Part shown: piece by piece, positions 50,623 through 61,357 of the stretch
Position numbering within the stretch: the stretch's first letter is position 1
How the letters are laid out: each line of letters starts with the position of its first letter
Source: a bacterium
GTDB taxonomy: Bacteria > UBA8248
Length of the DNA stretch: 64,000 nt
Assembly: GCA_965213625.1 (NCBI GenBank)
Contig: CBDBZU010000004.1
Span: 1,120,001-1,184,000, forward strand
Direction: 5' to 3'
Made by a program: the position numbers and the translations under genes
The notes under the pieces: generated by a model
What the model was told of the DNA's origin: nothing
Seen by the model: the letters and a program-made list of their open reading frames with translations, nothing else
Database searches by the model: none

Positions 50623-51708
50623 CTAGACTGACGGATCGATTTTCCGCATGACTTCGGGCGGCTCGACGCCCAGCCAGCCGCCGATCATCTCGAGCGTATC
50701 CCACTGGCTGGTTTCATAGGGGATGCCGTTTTTCTCCGCGTCCGCCTTTTTGCGCGCCTCGCGCTCTCCCGGAAGCAGCATCTCCGGCCCCCCGCAGCTT
50801 TGTATGTCCCGCACCGCCTCGGCCAGGCGCTTATTCGCGTCCTCTAGCGGATAGAGCGCATCCAGCCGCCAGGCCTCTATCGTCTGAGTGATGCGGGCGT
50901 CGGGTTGGACGCGCAGCGTCGGAATGTGTTGTGTCGAGCCGCCGCCGATTACGCCGTCCAGGTCCACCAACACGGCGAGGCCGGAACCCTTGTAGCCGAA
51001 CTGCGTCCCCCCAAGGGGCAGAACGGAGCCTTTGATCAATTCGCCATACGCCACATACCCGGAAATGACCTCTCCGTTTTCGTCAAGGAAGTAATCCTCC
51101 GGAATTGCCTCTCCCGCGCGGCTGGCGCGAATAGCGGGGCTCACGGCGCGTTGCGTGGTGGCCACGTCGATGACAATGGCCTGATCCCCGGCAGGCACTC
51201 CCCAGGCGATGGGGTTTGTTCCCAGGCGGATTTTGTTTCCCCCGAAAGGCATCATCCATGCGCCGGAGGTGCATGTAACGCGGCCGGCCAGACCTCGTTC
51301 TATGAGCGCCTCGACATACACGCACGCCGCTCCGAAGTGATTCGCGTTGTGCACATAGACTTTTCCGATTCCGTATTCTTCCGCCAAATCACCTGCGAGG
51401 CGCGTTGCATCCATCGCCGCCGCCGGGCCGATGCCGGCTTGCGCATCCATCGTGGCGGCGGCCCAGTTTTTATTTCTCTTGACGCTTGGCGTGGCTTTCG
51501 GGTCGATAGCGTCTTTTCGAATGCGCTCGACGAGTTCGCGCAAGCCGGTCCCGCCCGCCACGCCATGGCTCGATATTCCGCGCATATCAGCAGCTGCGAG
51601 GATTTCCGCCGTCACCCCGGCGCGCTCCTCGCAAGCTCCGAGGGCAGTGATGATTTTCGTGGCGAAACGAATGAGCGCTTCTTCGGAAATACGCATCTTT
51701 TCAGTCAT
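50623..51708 (-). CDS. Ldh_2 family (type 2 malate/L-lactate) oxidoreductase
   Basis: GISSHG, NHFG, GTNPI, YKGSGL. Confidence 0.9.
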   Translation of the reverse strand: MTEKMRISEEALIRFATKIITALGACEERAGVTAEILAAADMRGISSHGVAGGTGLRELVERIRKDAIDPKATPSVKRNKNWAAATMDAQAGIGPAAAMDATRLAGDLAEEYGIGKVYVHNANHFGAACVYVEALIERGLAGRVTCTSGAWMMPFGGNKIRLGTNPIAWGVPAGDQAIVIDVATTQRAVSPAIRASRAGEAIPEDYFLDENGEVISGYVAYGELIKGSVLPLGGTQFGYKGSGLAVLVDLDGVIGGGSTQHIPTLRVQPDARITQTIEAWRLDALYPLEDANKRLAEAVRDIQSCGGPEMLLPGEREARKKADAEKNGIPYETSQWDTLEMIGGWLGVEPPEVMRKIDPSV

Positions 51709-51720
51709 GAAATTGGATTC

Positions 51721-52443
51721 CTATGGAAGAACGGTATCTTGTGATTGATGAACGGGGAAATCAACGACGAAGGATGCGCCGCCCTTGGGAGGCGTCGTGA
51801 TTTTAAGATGTCCGCCCAGGATGAGGGCGGTGAGGTGGCTTCGGTAGAGACCGATTCCAATACCCCGAAACGAGCCCAGTTTCTCCAGGTCCTTCGCCAT
51901 CCAATCGGTAAATGACTCGAAGCGAGAGGAAGGGATTTCGGCGTTGTTGTTGGTGGTCGATAAAACGATCCGGTCGTCTTGCCTCGCGAGAAGCGCGTGG
52001 ATGATGCCGCCTTCGGGCGCGATGTGTATGGCCGCATCAAGCAGATCGTCGATGAGATAAGTGAGCCTCGTCCTGTCGCCGGATATATCGAGCCGGGACG
52101 GCATTTCGGGCAAAAACCGGAAAGACGGGAAATTCCACAGCCGCTTGCCGATGCGTTCGCTGAGCAAATGCGCGAGATTTATCTCGGTGATTTCCAGGGT
52201 TACTTGCTGCGTTTCGATGTCGGCGGCGTCAGAAAGCGTTTCGATGAGGCGGTTCAAGCGGTGGATATTCTCGGATAAATCCTGAATCTCCTCACGCGCT
52301 TTCCAGGGGTCAGACTCTTCGGCGAGGGCGAGAAACTTTCTGTTGAGATGAGAGGCGGGCGTTTGTAGTTCATGTGCGGCGAGACGCAAGAACAAAGCCG
52401 CGAGTTGCTCATCTGAAGGTTGCTTCTCTTTTTCGTCTTTCAT
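51721..52443 (-). CDS. Histidine-kinase-like protein without sensor domain, degenerate ATP-binding boxes
   Basis: AHELQTP H-box, GIGIGL G2 box. Confidence 0.75.
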   Translation of the reverse strand: MKDEKEKQPSDEQLAALFLRLAAHELQTPASHLNRKFLALAEESDPWKAREEIQDLSENIHRLNRLIETLSDAADIETQQVTLEITEINLAHLLSERIGKRLWNFPSFRFLPEMPSRLDISGDRTRLTYLIDDLLDAAIHIAPEGGIIHALLARQDDRIVLSTTNNNAEIPSSRFESFTDWMAKDLEKLGSFRGIGIGLYRSHLTALILGGHLKITTPPKGGASFVVDFPVHQSQDTVLP

Positions 52444-52460
52444 GTGGTTTTCCGGCTTTT

Positions 52461-52904
52461 TCAGTGTGATGATTGGTTGAGCGTGGCGACGGATTCCAGT
52501 ATGAATTCCGCTGTCCCGCTCGTCATCGGGTGCAAGGTGGATACCTCTGTTAACGGAACCCACTTGGCTTCTGATATGTCGCTTGCCGCCTGTAGCGTAC
52601 CCCCGGTGGGTTTGCATACAAAATCTATGAGTACGTAATGAAATTGCACGCGTCCCCAATCGTCCCGGGTGACGCGGTTCAATACCCGGCCCTCGGAGAG
52701 GATTTCCACATCCAGCCCGGTCTCTTCCTTGACCTCTCGCATACAAGCTTCCTCGAGGTCTTCTCCCAGGTGGACGCCGCCGCCCGGTATGCTCCAGGCG
52801 CCCATTTTTGGGGGTTGTCCCCGTCGGACGATGAGGACGTTTTCGTTATCGAGGATGATGGCTCCTACGCCGACAATCGGGCGAAGCGGATATTCACGAC
52901 CCAA
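52461..52904 (-). CDS. NUDIX hydrolase
   Basis: GGGVHLGEDLEEACMREVKEETG. Confidence 0.92.
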   Translation of the reverse strand: MGREYPLRPIVGVGAIILDNENVLIVRRGQPPKMGAWSIPGGGVHLGEDLEEACMREVKEETGLDVEILSEGRVLNRVTRDDWGRVQFHYVLIDFVCKPTGGTLQAASDISEAKWVPLTEVSTLHPMTSGTAEFILESVATLNQSSH

Positions 52905-53069
52905 CCCCTCGGCTCCTTAGTTGAAAGATGATAGAAAAACACTCGGTTTTTTGGATTGTAACGGTTTTATCTGGCCTATCGACTCCAAGATAGCATGTTT
53001 TACGCCCCAAAGGTTACGCCAAGCCGGTCGGATTTCGGAAAATGAAGGTATTCGCCGTCATTCATTCCG

Positions 53070-53098
53070 TTGACACGCCGGGATGCGGGCCGTATCAT
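53070..53098 (+). promoter_or_regulatory. Near-consensus sigma70 promoter
   Basis: TTGACA-17 bp-TATCAT. Confidence 0.7.
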
Positions 53099-53215
53099 TT
53101 TTTCGGTTTTTGAAGCCTGCCCTTTTGAGCTTCCCTGAATCGAGGGCGCTTTTATCCCCCCATCAGCCAAGAGGTATGCGTGGCGACCAGGGACGTCCGC
53201 GCCGGGGAGTCGCGT

Positions 53216-54058
53216 ATGCCGCCCGAAGTCATATTCGCGCTTATGTCGTTGTGCTTTCTCGGCGTCAATGACTTTCTCTATAAGTGGGGCCAGCAATGGG
53301 ATATGCGAAGCGGGCCCTTCATGTTTCTGCAAAATATGGCGTATCTGCCAAACGCATTCGGTCTGGCCTACTATCGGGATGAGTTGCTCTGGAATCCGGG
53401 CCTCGCCTTTGGATTCATCAACGGGATATTGGCGTTCACCGCGTTTTTGTTCGTTTTGCTCGCATTGAGGCGGGGCGAGGCGGTGGCGCTGGTACCGATC
53501 GTCCGCCTGAATTTCGCGGTGACTGCCGCCCTTACGATTTTTTTCTTGGGTGAGAGTGTCAATCTCATCAAGGGCCTCGCTCTGGTTCTGGCGGCTCTCG
53601 CCGTGACGGCGGGCGGCAGCGGTGTGACGGCGTCCGTCGGAGATAAGCGCTCCGTCGGCTTGGCGATTGGCGCCATGTGCATGTTCGGCGTAATCGGCCT
53701 TTTCTATAAGGTGGGACTCGGTATGGGGGCCAAACCCGCCATGATGACGGCCATGCAAAGCGTTGGCGTCTTCTGCATGGCAGTGCCCTTCGTACTCATT
53801 CAAAAAGACCCGTTGCCCAGGCGCGGTGTGCCGCTTTGGCTCCCCTTCGTGTGCGGCGTGCTCACCTCTTCGAGTTATGTGGCCATCGCCGTGGGGTTCA
53901 CCTATGGCGAGGCGGTCGTCGTGGCGCCCATTGCTCAGTTGAGTTTCGTGTTGACCGGAGTGCTCGCCATCATTTTTTTGAAAGAAAGGTTAACGCTGAG
54001 GAAAGGGGTGGGAGTCGTATTCGCCGCGGTGTCCGTGATTCTATTTTCCAGGGGGTAA
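53216..54058 (+). CDS. EamA/DMT family transporter
   Basis: About 10 TM in two repeats; VAPIAQL, FLKERL. Confidence 0.88.
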   Translation: MPPEVIFALMSLCFLGVNDFLYKWGQQWDMRSGPFMFLQNMAYLPNAFGLAYYRDELLWNPGLAFGFINGILAFTAFLFVLLALRRGEAVALVPIVRLNFAVTAALTIFFLGESVNLIKGLALVLAALAVTAGGSGVTASVGDKRSVGLAIGAMCMFGVIGLFYKVGLGMGAKPAMMTAMQSVGVFCMAVPFVLIQKDPLPRRGVPLWLPFVCGVLTSSSYVAIAVGFTYGEAVVVAPIAQLSFVLTGVLAIIFLKERLTLRKGVGVVFAAVSVILFSRG

Positions 54059-54062
54059 TTTC

Positions 54063-55241
54063 TTACACCACGCCCTCGTTTCGGAGGCGCTCGATTTCCG
54101 GGGGCGCCATATTCAACCATTCGTCGAGTATTTTTTCGGTGTGTTCTCCCAGGGCTGGGCCCGTCCAGGCGATGTCGAGAGGCGTCTCCGACATTCTCGG
54201 AAAAGCGCCCTGCATGGGTACGGAGCCGAAATCCGCGTCCGGTACGTGGCGAACCAGGTTTCTCGCCTGAAAATGAGGGTCTGAGAGGATGTCTTCGATG
54301 TCGTAGACGGGGCTCGCCGTTACGCCGCCCGCGTTGAATCTCTCCATGTTCTCGTCACAGCTATGCATTGCGATGGCGTCGGCCACGATTTTATCGAGCG
54401 CATCCTGATTCTCGACGCGCGTCTCGTTGTTCATGAACCGCTCGTCGGTGATGAGATCTTCACGCCCCAGGGATCGGGCCAGGCGCTCATACATCGGCTG
54501 GGTGGAGGCGGAAATCGCCACCCACTTATCGTCACTCGTGGGGTAAATGTTTCTGGGCGCCGAGTTTTCTGAACGGTTTCCAAGGCGGGGGCGTTTTTCC
54601 CCCTCGATTAGATAGCGGGCCGCTTGTGGACCCAGCATTGTGAAAAGCGGCTCGTAAAGCGCCAGATCGATGACCTGTCCCTTACCGCCCCCCAAAGCGT
54701 CGCGGTGGTAGAGCGCGAACATGGTGGAGGCGACGCCTTGGAGCGCGGCCGTCATGTCGGCCAACGGCTGGGGAGGAGCCAGGGGCGGGGAATCGGGAAA
54801 TCCGTTCATGTCGGCGAAGCCGGACATCGCCTCCACAAGAGTGCCGAATCCCGGCCTGTCACGATAAGGGCCGTCCTGCCCCCATCCGGATATCCGGACG
54901 ACGATGAGTTTTGGGTTCACCTTCCACAGATCCTCCGGCCCAAGCCCCCAGCTTTCAAGTTTGCCGACGAAAAAATTCTCTGCGAGAACGTCCGCCTTGA
55001 CCGCCAGCTTCCGAATGAGTTCTTGTCCTCGTGGTTTGGTGAGGTTCACTGTGATGGATCGTTTTCCCCGGCCATAGACTTTCCACCAATAGGGATTCCA
55101 TGCGCGCAGCGTATCGCCGTTGCCCGGGGCTTCGACTTTAACGACATTGGCGCCGGCGTCGGCCAGCTGCATGCCGTACATCCCGCCCGAGACGAGGCGG
55201 GTCATGTCCAGTACTTTGACGCCCTCAAGGGGTCTGCTCAC
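54063..55241 (-). CDS. CaiB/BaiF family III CoA-transferase
   Basis: PLEGVKVLD, VVKVE, ENF, ISGWGQDGPY. Confidence 0.92.
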   Translation of the reverse strand: MSRPLEGVKVLDMTRLVSGGMYGMQLADAGANVVKVEAPGNGDTLRAWNPYWWKVYGRGKRSITVNLTKPRGQELIRKLAVKADVLAENFFVGKLESWGLGPEDLWKVNPKLIVVRISGWGQDGPYRDRPGFGTLVEAMSGFADMNGFPDSPPLAPPQPLADMTAALQGVASTMFALYHRDALGGGKGQVIDLALYEPLFTMLGPQAARYLIEGEKRPRLGNRSENSAPRNIYPTSDDKWVAISASTQPMYERLARSLGREDLITDERFMNNETRVENQDALDKIVADAIAMHSCDENMERFNAGGVTASPVYDIEDILSDPHFQARNLVRHVPDADFGSVPMQGAFPRMSETPLDIAWTGPALGEHTEKILDEWLNMAPPEIERLRNEGVV

Positions 55242-55294
55242 GGATTTTCCTCCGTCTGTTCTAAAGGAATCGCCTTTTTCTACTACTTTCAGGA

Positions 55295-56023
55295 TCAATC
55301 TTTCAACGTGATCCATAAAGCGGCGTGATCACTCGGCGGCCTCGGGTTGCCTTTCACCCAGTCGACCTGCGCGTCAAGTATCCTGCCATGCGCACGTCGA
55401 TTGATGAACGCATGATCCAGCCGGAAACCTCCACCACCACCGGGCGCGCGCCAGGTGTAGGCGCGTTTTTGGCCATGTACGCTGCGGTAGGCATCCGCCC
55501 AGCCCGTCTTTGACATGGTGGTCATAAAATCGTCTTCGTGCCTGTTGAAGCATTTCACACTTTCATCCTCCCCAATTCGCCCGGTGTTGAAATCACCCGC
55601 CAATACGGCGTCACCCCCGTACCAGCGGTGCGCCAAATCGCAAAGCGCGTCCAGGAAGGGATATTTGATGCCGCTAACGCGGTTGGGCACGTGAACGGCG
55701 GCTATGACGATGGGCTTGGGTGCACGAACATGGGCGAGCAGGCGGCGTTCTTCGGGTTCGGGAGGTCTTCTCCAGTGAATGCGCTTGAGCGGCCAGCGCG
55801 ATGCGAGAAGCAGGGCGTTTTTAACTAGTCGGCTTTCGGACGCCGTGCTCAGTTGGTGGGATAACCCAAGTTCCTCGATACGGGAGGCGACCTCCCGGCT
55901 GGGAGGTGTGCCCCGAAATTCCGTCAGAATAATGAGGTCAGGCATTCCGCTACGAATATACTCTACGATAGCAGGTACCCGGCGTCCGCCGCCGTGCAGG
56001 ATGTTCCAGATGAGAATTTTCAT
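55295..56023 (-). CDS. Endonuclease/exonuclease/phosphatase family protein (ExoIII-like)
   Basis: WNI, GDFN, RLDH, SDH. Confidence 0.85.
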   Translation of the reverse strand: MKILIWNILHGGGRRVPAIVEYIRSGMPDLIILTEFRGTPPSREVASRIEELGLSHQLSTASESRLVKNALLLASRWPLKRIHWRRPPEPEERRLLAHVRAPKPIVIAAVHVPNRVSGIKYPFLDALCDLAHRWYGGDAVLAGDFNTGRIGEDESVKCFNRHEDDFMTTMSKTGWADAYRSVHGQKRAYTWRAPGGGGGFRLDHAFINRRAHGRILDAQVDWVKGNPRPPSDHAALWITLKD

Positions 56024-56149
56024 GGCGAAGTTGAGTGTAGCGGTAGTAAGATGGATAGTGCCAACCATCCTGTGGTTGGGAATGAAAAGTAAGGTTCACA
56101 AAATGTCGATGCGCCGCCCGTCTAGCGGCCCGGCGGGGAGGGAATTTGT

Positions 56150-56692
56150 TTGAAACGGATATGTGTATTCGCCGGTTCGTCTAAAGGGGTTCGGCCTGAG
56201 TATCGGGAGGCGGCGCGAGTCTTGGGACATGCTTTGTGCGAGCGCGGAATCGGCGTGGTGTATGGCGCGGGGGGTATCGGACTCATGGGCGTTCTGGCCG
56301 ACGCCGTGCTCGAAAGCGGAGGAGAGATTATCGGCGTGATACCCGATAAGTTGATGGACATGGAAGTCGCCCATGAGGGGATCACCGAGCTTCGCGTCGT
56401 GCGCACGATGCACGAGAGAAAAGCGTTGATGGCGGAATTGTCCGATGGCTTCATCACGTTGCCGGGTGGGCTCGGCACGCTGGAGGAAACCATGGAGATG
56501 ATCACCTGGCTTCAGCTCGGGTATCACGAAAAGCCCGTCGGTCTGCTCAACGTGCGCGGCTATTATGATCCTTTGCTGGGGTTTTTACGCCATACGCGCG
56601 AGGAGGGTTTCATCACGCAGAAAAGTTTAAATCTATTCTCGGTCGACGATACGCCCGAGGGGCTGGTGCAACGAATGCTCACTCCCAGGTGA
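56150..56692 (+). CDS. LOG family nucleotide phosphoribohydrolase
   Basis: MHERK, PGGLGTLEE. Confidence 0.93.
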   Translation: MKRICVFAGSSKGVRPEYREAARVLGHALCERGIGVVYGAGGIGLMGVLADAVLESGGEIIGVIPDKLMDMEVAHEGITELRVVRTMHERKALMAELSDGFITLPGGLGTLEETMEMITWLQLGYHEKPVGLLNVRGYYDPLLGFLRHTREEGFITQKSLNLFSVDDTPEGLVQRMLTPR

Positions 56693-57362
56693 GCGCGGCG
56701 AGGTAGCCTACGCCCTCATCCAGCATTATCTTTGCTTCGAATCCCTGCGCTTGCTTGTGCGCCTGGATGGTTTTGAGATGGGCATACCCTTCCCAGAGGA
56801 CATGGCGAAATGTCCACTCCAGGTTGTAGTGAAAAACGTTGTCTTTCTTCTCGTCTCGCCAGAAGCCGTCGGGGTGGATTTTGAGGACCACGTTTTCAAG
56901 CCAGTCGATATACTTATCACCCGAAGGCCATTCGTAGCTTCGAGGGACTTCTCTAATTTTGGTTTTTCCCCGTAGGGATTCGAGAGTTTCGTTTTTCAGA
57001 ATATCCAATGCCAATTGGCACCCGTCTTCATAAGCTGCGAGCAAATCGCCCATCTCATGAAATCGTTCGGAATCGAGGAGACGATCCGCACCCCCCGTGT
57101 CGTATAGGGATTTCGGCCTCGGCAATTCCTCTCCAAACAGGGATTTCCCCCAGACCTGCAAAAACCACCTGTAGTTCACATAACCCATGTGGCTGACCTG
57201 CTCTCGAATCGACCATAGTCCCCAGCTTTTGCCGGGCTGTTTTTTATCGAGTTGTTCTTGGTTAAGGCCCTCCACCTCCTGGGCGTACATTTCGGGCAGA
57301 AGGGCGTATTCGGGAAAAATATCCGTAGCGGACCTTGAATCTTTCTGCGGCATTTTGGGCAT
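56679..57362 (-). CDS. Hypothetical protein, DinB-like helical bundle
   Basis: WSIREQVSHM and HxxxExxxH-like RHVLWEGYAH. Confidence 0.6.
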   Translation of the reverse strand: MPKMPQKDSRSATDIFPEYALLPEMYAQEVEGLNQEQLDKKQPGKSWGLWSIREQVSHMGYVNYRWFLQVWGKSLFGEELPRPKSLYDTGGADRLLDSERFHEMGDLLAAYEDGCQLALDILKNETLESLRGKTKIREVPRSYEWPSGDKYIDWLENVVLKIHPDGFWRDEKKDNVFHYNLEWTFRHVLWEGYAHLKTIQAHKQAQGFEAKIMLDEGVGYLAALTWE

Positions 57363-57498
57363 CCTTCAATGGAATTAGGAGTTCAAAATATATCACGCGG
57401 CATTCAGTATTGCGCAGTGTGCCGATTTCGGGCGGAGGTTTCTCGTGTCATAATAAGAATCTATCGCTACATTTTATATCTCGCTCCTTTGAGTCGCC

Positions 57499-58384
57499 CT
57501 TGATCGAGTCACTCCCTCCGATTTTTTTGTCCTTTTTATCCGGTATCTTTTTGGCCGCCACGCAAACGATCTATCGGGGCGCCCTTCAGTGGATGGGGCC
57601 GAAGGCGATCACCTTCGTGAGCAATTTGACGCTGGTGACCTACGCCTCGACCATTTACGTGCTGGGCGCAGGTCTTGAAAAATGGCCCCTGGAGGGGATT
57701 TTGTGGTTTGTGCTGGCGGGACTTTGTTCTCATTTCTTATCGAGAAACCTGAATTTTATCTCGGCGACACTCATCGGTATGGCGCGTTCCCAGATCCTAT
57801 CGCAGGTCCATCCCATCTGGAGCGCCGTTCTGGCCATGCTCATTTTCGGCGAGACGATGAACTTCCCGATTGCCCTGGGTACTTTCGCCATCGTGCTGGG
57901 CGCGATACTCCTTGTTCAGGAAAGAGGGGCTGGGGGCAAGCGCGCTCCTTTTTTATATTATTTCCTGCCGATTCTGGCGGCCTTTTTCTTCTCCTTCGCC
58001 CCGCCTTTGCGAAAGCTCGCGTTTCAGACGATTCCCTCGCCCGCTTTCGGTATTGCCACCACGGCGTTCGCGGGCGCGTTTCTTCAACTCGGCTCCATAC
58101 CGTTTGTCAAAAATCATGAGCTCAACCCAATAACATGGAATAAAAAGAGCCTATGGCTGGTTCTCATCGGAGGGCTATTCAACATTATTTCGGCGTACTG
58201 CTTTTGGCTCGCCATCAAAAACGGAAAGCTCATAGAGGTGATCCCGATAAACCGCCTCTCCATTTTATTCTTAATCTTGTTTTCCTGGATTTTTTTTCAG
58301 AAGCTCGAGCGCATCAATTTGCGCGTGATCGCCGGGGGATTACTTGCCGTGGAGGGCGCCGTGCTGATCATATTGGGCAGCTAG
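57499..58384 (+). CDS. EamA/DMT family transporter; start uncertain
   Basis: Hydrophobic two-repeat topology, IFGE motif. Confidence 0.8.
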
Positions 58385-58516
58385 AAGTTCTTGTGAGTTG
58401 AGCTGGTAGTGAGGGAAGCTATTGTACGGAGCGAGTCCTCGCATGTTGGGGCGGAGCTTGAATCTTCTGTTCTCTTCGTCCACGGACGCGCTTTTGTGGT
58501 GGATTGAGGTGCTGAT

Positions 58517-59398
58517 ATGGGAAACTTGATTGTGGAGGCGCCGCCCGAGTTTCGCGCATTGTTGGGCGCCTTATTGTTCGCTTGCAACCAAATACTCGTT
58601 CGCAGATTACTCGAACGCGCCTCGGCGCTCACGATCATCTTTTGGGTGAATGGCTGGATGGCGCTTCTCGCCGTCGTTTTTTCTCCTCTTTCCGATAACT
58701 ATGATGGAGACTGGGCGACCGCTCTCGTTTTTTACGTCATAACCGGGGTAACGGGGAATCTCGTGGCGCGCTACAGCGCTCTTCGCTCGAGTGAGGACAT
58801 CGGCGTGAGCAGGACGAGCGCGCTTGTGGCGGCGACTCCCATCGGATCGGCATTGATGGGTGTCGTGATTTTGGGCGAACGCCCCGATGTCGGCGTCTGG
58901 CTGGGTATCTTGCTTATCGTCCTCGGGATGATCTGGCTCACCGGCGAACGGATATCGGGAGAGTATTCGCTCAAGCGTTATACGTTCGCCTTCATCGCAA
59001 TGGCGGCTTTTAGCGTTACGCCTTATTTCCGAAAAGCGGGGCTGGCCGCCATGAACGCGCCATGGATGGGCATAATAGTGGCCACGCTCATCGCCAACGT
59101 GGGCTTGCTGATGTCCTCGCGCTTCGCCTCGCAGGATCAGAAGTTTCAGTGGAGCATGCGGACTGCGGGGGCATGCGTCCCTGCAGGCTTGTTCGGGCTA
59201 TTCTCTGCTGTGATGTTCTGGACCTCATTGCGCGATGGGCAGCTTGCGGTGATTTCCCCGCTCGTTCGCATGACGCCGATATTCGTTCTTTTGCTCTCGG
59301 TTGTGCTGCTTCGCGACCTGGAAGTCATCACAAAACGTCTGGTGGTCGGCACACTCATCGTCGTGGCGGGAGCTGTTTTGGTGACGTCGGGCGGTTGA
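58517..59398 (+). CDS. EamA/DMT family transporter
   Basis: ILGERP, SPLVRMTP. Confidence 0.85.
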   Translation: MGNLIVEAPPEFRALLGALLFACNQILVRRLLERASALTIIFWVNGWMALLAVVFSPLSDNYDGDWATALVFYVITGVTGNLVARYSALRSSEDIGVSRTSALVAATPIGSALMGVVILGERPDVGVWLGILLIVLGMIWLTGERISGEYSLKRYTFAFIAMAAFSVTPYFRKAGLAAMNAPWMGIIVATLIANVGLLMSSRFASQDQKFQWSMRTAGACVPAGLFGLFSAVMFWTSLRDGQLAVISPLVRMTPIFVLLLSVVLLRDLEVITKRLVVGTLIVVAGAVLVTSGG

Positions 59399-59552
59399 CG
59401 TACCTCGTGAGAGAAAATCTGATATTCGTTTGACCGGGGTCATACGTCTCTGCGAGAATGAACGCGTCTTCATCATTTCAAAGATGTGTTTTCCGCATCA
59501 AATTTCTTGAGATGCGATGCGGGGAGCCCTACCAAAAAATCGTGGGGGTGCG

Positions 59553-60032
59553 ATGAAAATACTCAAGATCATTCCCGAGAAGTGTACGGGCTGCATGCGA
59601 TGCGAACTCGCGTGCTCATACGAGCAGACGGGGACGTTTCAGCCCTCGAAGGCTGTAATCCGCGTTTCTTCCTTCGAGGGGCACACGAGCTATGCGCCCT
59701 ATACCTGTCCGCAGTGCGACGAGGCATGGTGCCTGACGGCGTGTCCGGTCGAGGCAATTGGTATCTCACCGGCCGGGGCGAAGGATGTGGCGGATGACAT
59801 TTGCGTGGGTTGTAAACTTTGCACCATCGCGTGCCCTTATGGAACGATGTTTTACGACATCGACACCCACAAGGCGTTCAAGTGCGACCTGTGCGGGGGG
59901 AATCCCGCGTGCGCGTCCGTGTGTCCAACCGACGCCATCGTCTACGAAGAGGCCGATAAAACCGACTGGGTCGGGCCCTTTGCCGCGGAGCGGGCGAAAT
60001 CGCCTGCCGGACCGCTTGCGGGGGTGCTCTGA
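59553..60032 (+). CDS. 4Fe-4S polyferredoxin subunit (AorA-like)
   Basis: CTGCMRCELAC, CPQC, CVGCKLCTIACP, KCDLC. Confidence 0.92.
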   Translation: MKILKIIPEKCTGCMRCELACSYEQTGTFQPSKAVIRVSSFEGHTSYAPYTCPQCDEAWCLTACPVEAIGISPAGAKDVADDICVGCKLCTIACPYGTMFYDIDTHKAFKCDLCGGNPACASVCPTDAIVYEEADKTDWVGPFAAERAKSPAGPLAGVL

Positions 60033-60034
60033 TT

Positions 60035-61357
60035 ATGGCCAGACATGTCATCGTTGGCGGCGGAACCGCCGGCTGGAACGCTATCACCACACTCAGGGAA
60101 CTGGACAAAGGCGATTCCGAGATTGTTCTCGTCGCGGACGAGACGCCGTATTCACGGATGGTACTGCCCTATTTTCTGGCGAGAGACATCGCGGAATCTC
60201 ACGTCTACATCGCCTCTCCTCCCAAGCTGGCCGCGTTGAATGTGGATGCGAGGCTTGGCGCGCGCGCCGAAAGAATCGACGCGTCCGCCAACAAGCTAAT
60301 CCTCGAGGGAGGCGATGAGATTGATTACGACAATCTCTTGATCGCCACGGGGTCTTCTCCCGTGAAAGCGCCCGTACCCGGCGCGGACGGGAAAAACGTG
60401 CACAGCTTCTGGACGTTTCCCCAGGCGCGCTCCGTGGCGTCCGGCGTGGGCGAGGGAGCCCGCGTCGCGATGATCGGGGCGGGATTTATCGCATTTACGA
60501 TTCTGAACGCCCTGGTGAATCAGGGTGTGAAGCTCACCGTCGTGGAACTCGAATCGCGCATCCTGCCGCGCATGATAGACGATACGGGCGCCAGGATCGT
60601 TCAAAGTTGGCTGAACGAGCGAGGTGTGGAAGTGAGAACATCGACGCAAGTGATCTCCATAGAGGACGAAGGAGACTCTAAACTCCTCAAATTCAAGGAA
60701 GGTCCCGATCTGGAGGTCGATTTGGTTATCATGGCCACGGGCATCAAGCCCAACATCGATTGGGTGTCTGGCAGCGGCCTCGATACCAACCAGGGAATTC
60801 TTGTGGACGAGCATTGCCGCACGAATGTGGCGAACATCTACGCGGCGGGAGATATCGCGGAAGGCCCCGACGTGGTGACGGGCGATAAGGTTGTACACGC
60901 TATCGAACCGACCGCCATGCAGCATGGCCGAGTGGCGGCGGCCAACATGGCGGGCCAGGAGGTTGCGTACAAGGGCAGCCTGCTCATGAACATCGTGGAC
61001 GTTCTCGATATGGAGATCGCCAGCTTCGGCGCATGGGATGATCCGGACGCCGAAGTATTTGAAGCTGTACGGGCTGAGCGCCCCGCCTACAGAAAGCTAC
61101 TGTTTCACGGCGGGAAACTGACCGGTGCCATTATCCTGGGGAAAACCCGGGAAATCTGGACGACGAACGATGTGGGAATGCTCAAGGGCCTCGTGTACAC
61201 GGGAGTGGACATCTCCGAGTGGAAAGACCATTTACGCAAGAACCCGTTTGACGTCAAACGCGCGTTTTTGGCCTCGGGTGCCGCGGGCGGATTGCTGCCG
61301 GAAACCGTTTTGGGACGCCCTTCGGCGTCGTCGAATGAAATCACCATCGCTTCATGA
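60035..61357 (+). CDS. FAD/NAD-dependent oxidoreductase (AorC-like)
   Basis: VGGGTAG, ATGS, IGAGFIA, YAAGD. Confidence 0.9.
   Translation: MARHVIVGGGTAGWNAITTLRELDKGDSEIVLVADETPYSRMVLPYFLARDIAESHVYIASPPKLAALNVDARLGARAERIDASANKLILEGGDEIDYDNLLIATGSSPVKAPVPGADGKNVHSFWTFPQARSVASGVGEGARVAMIGAGFIAFTILNALVNQGVKLTVVELESRILPRMIDDTGARIVQSWLNERGVEVRTSTQVISIEDEGDSKLLKFKEGPDLEVDLVIMATGIKPNIDWVSGSGLDTNQGILVDEHCRTNVANIYAAGDIAEGPDVVTGDKVVHAIEPTAMQHGRVAAANMAGQEVAYKGSLLMNIVDVLDMEIASFGAWDDPDAEVFEAVRAERPAYRKLLFHGGKLTGAIILGKTREIWTTNDVGMLKGLVYTGVDISEWKDHLRKNPFDVKRAFLASGAAGGLLPETVLGRPSASSNEITIAS

Noticed and set aside
59399-59552. Moco/Wco riboswitch upstream of the AOR operon
   Set aside because: Only a simple hairpin is visible; an Rfam scan would be needed
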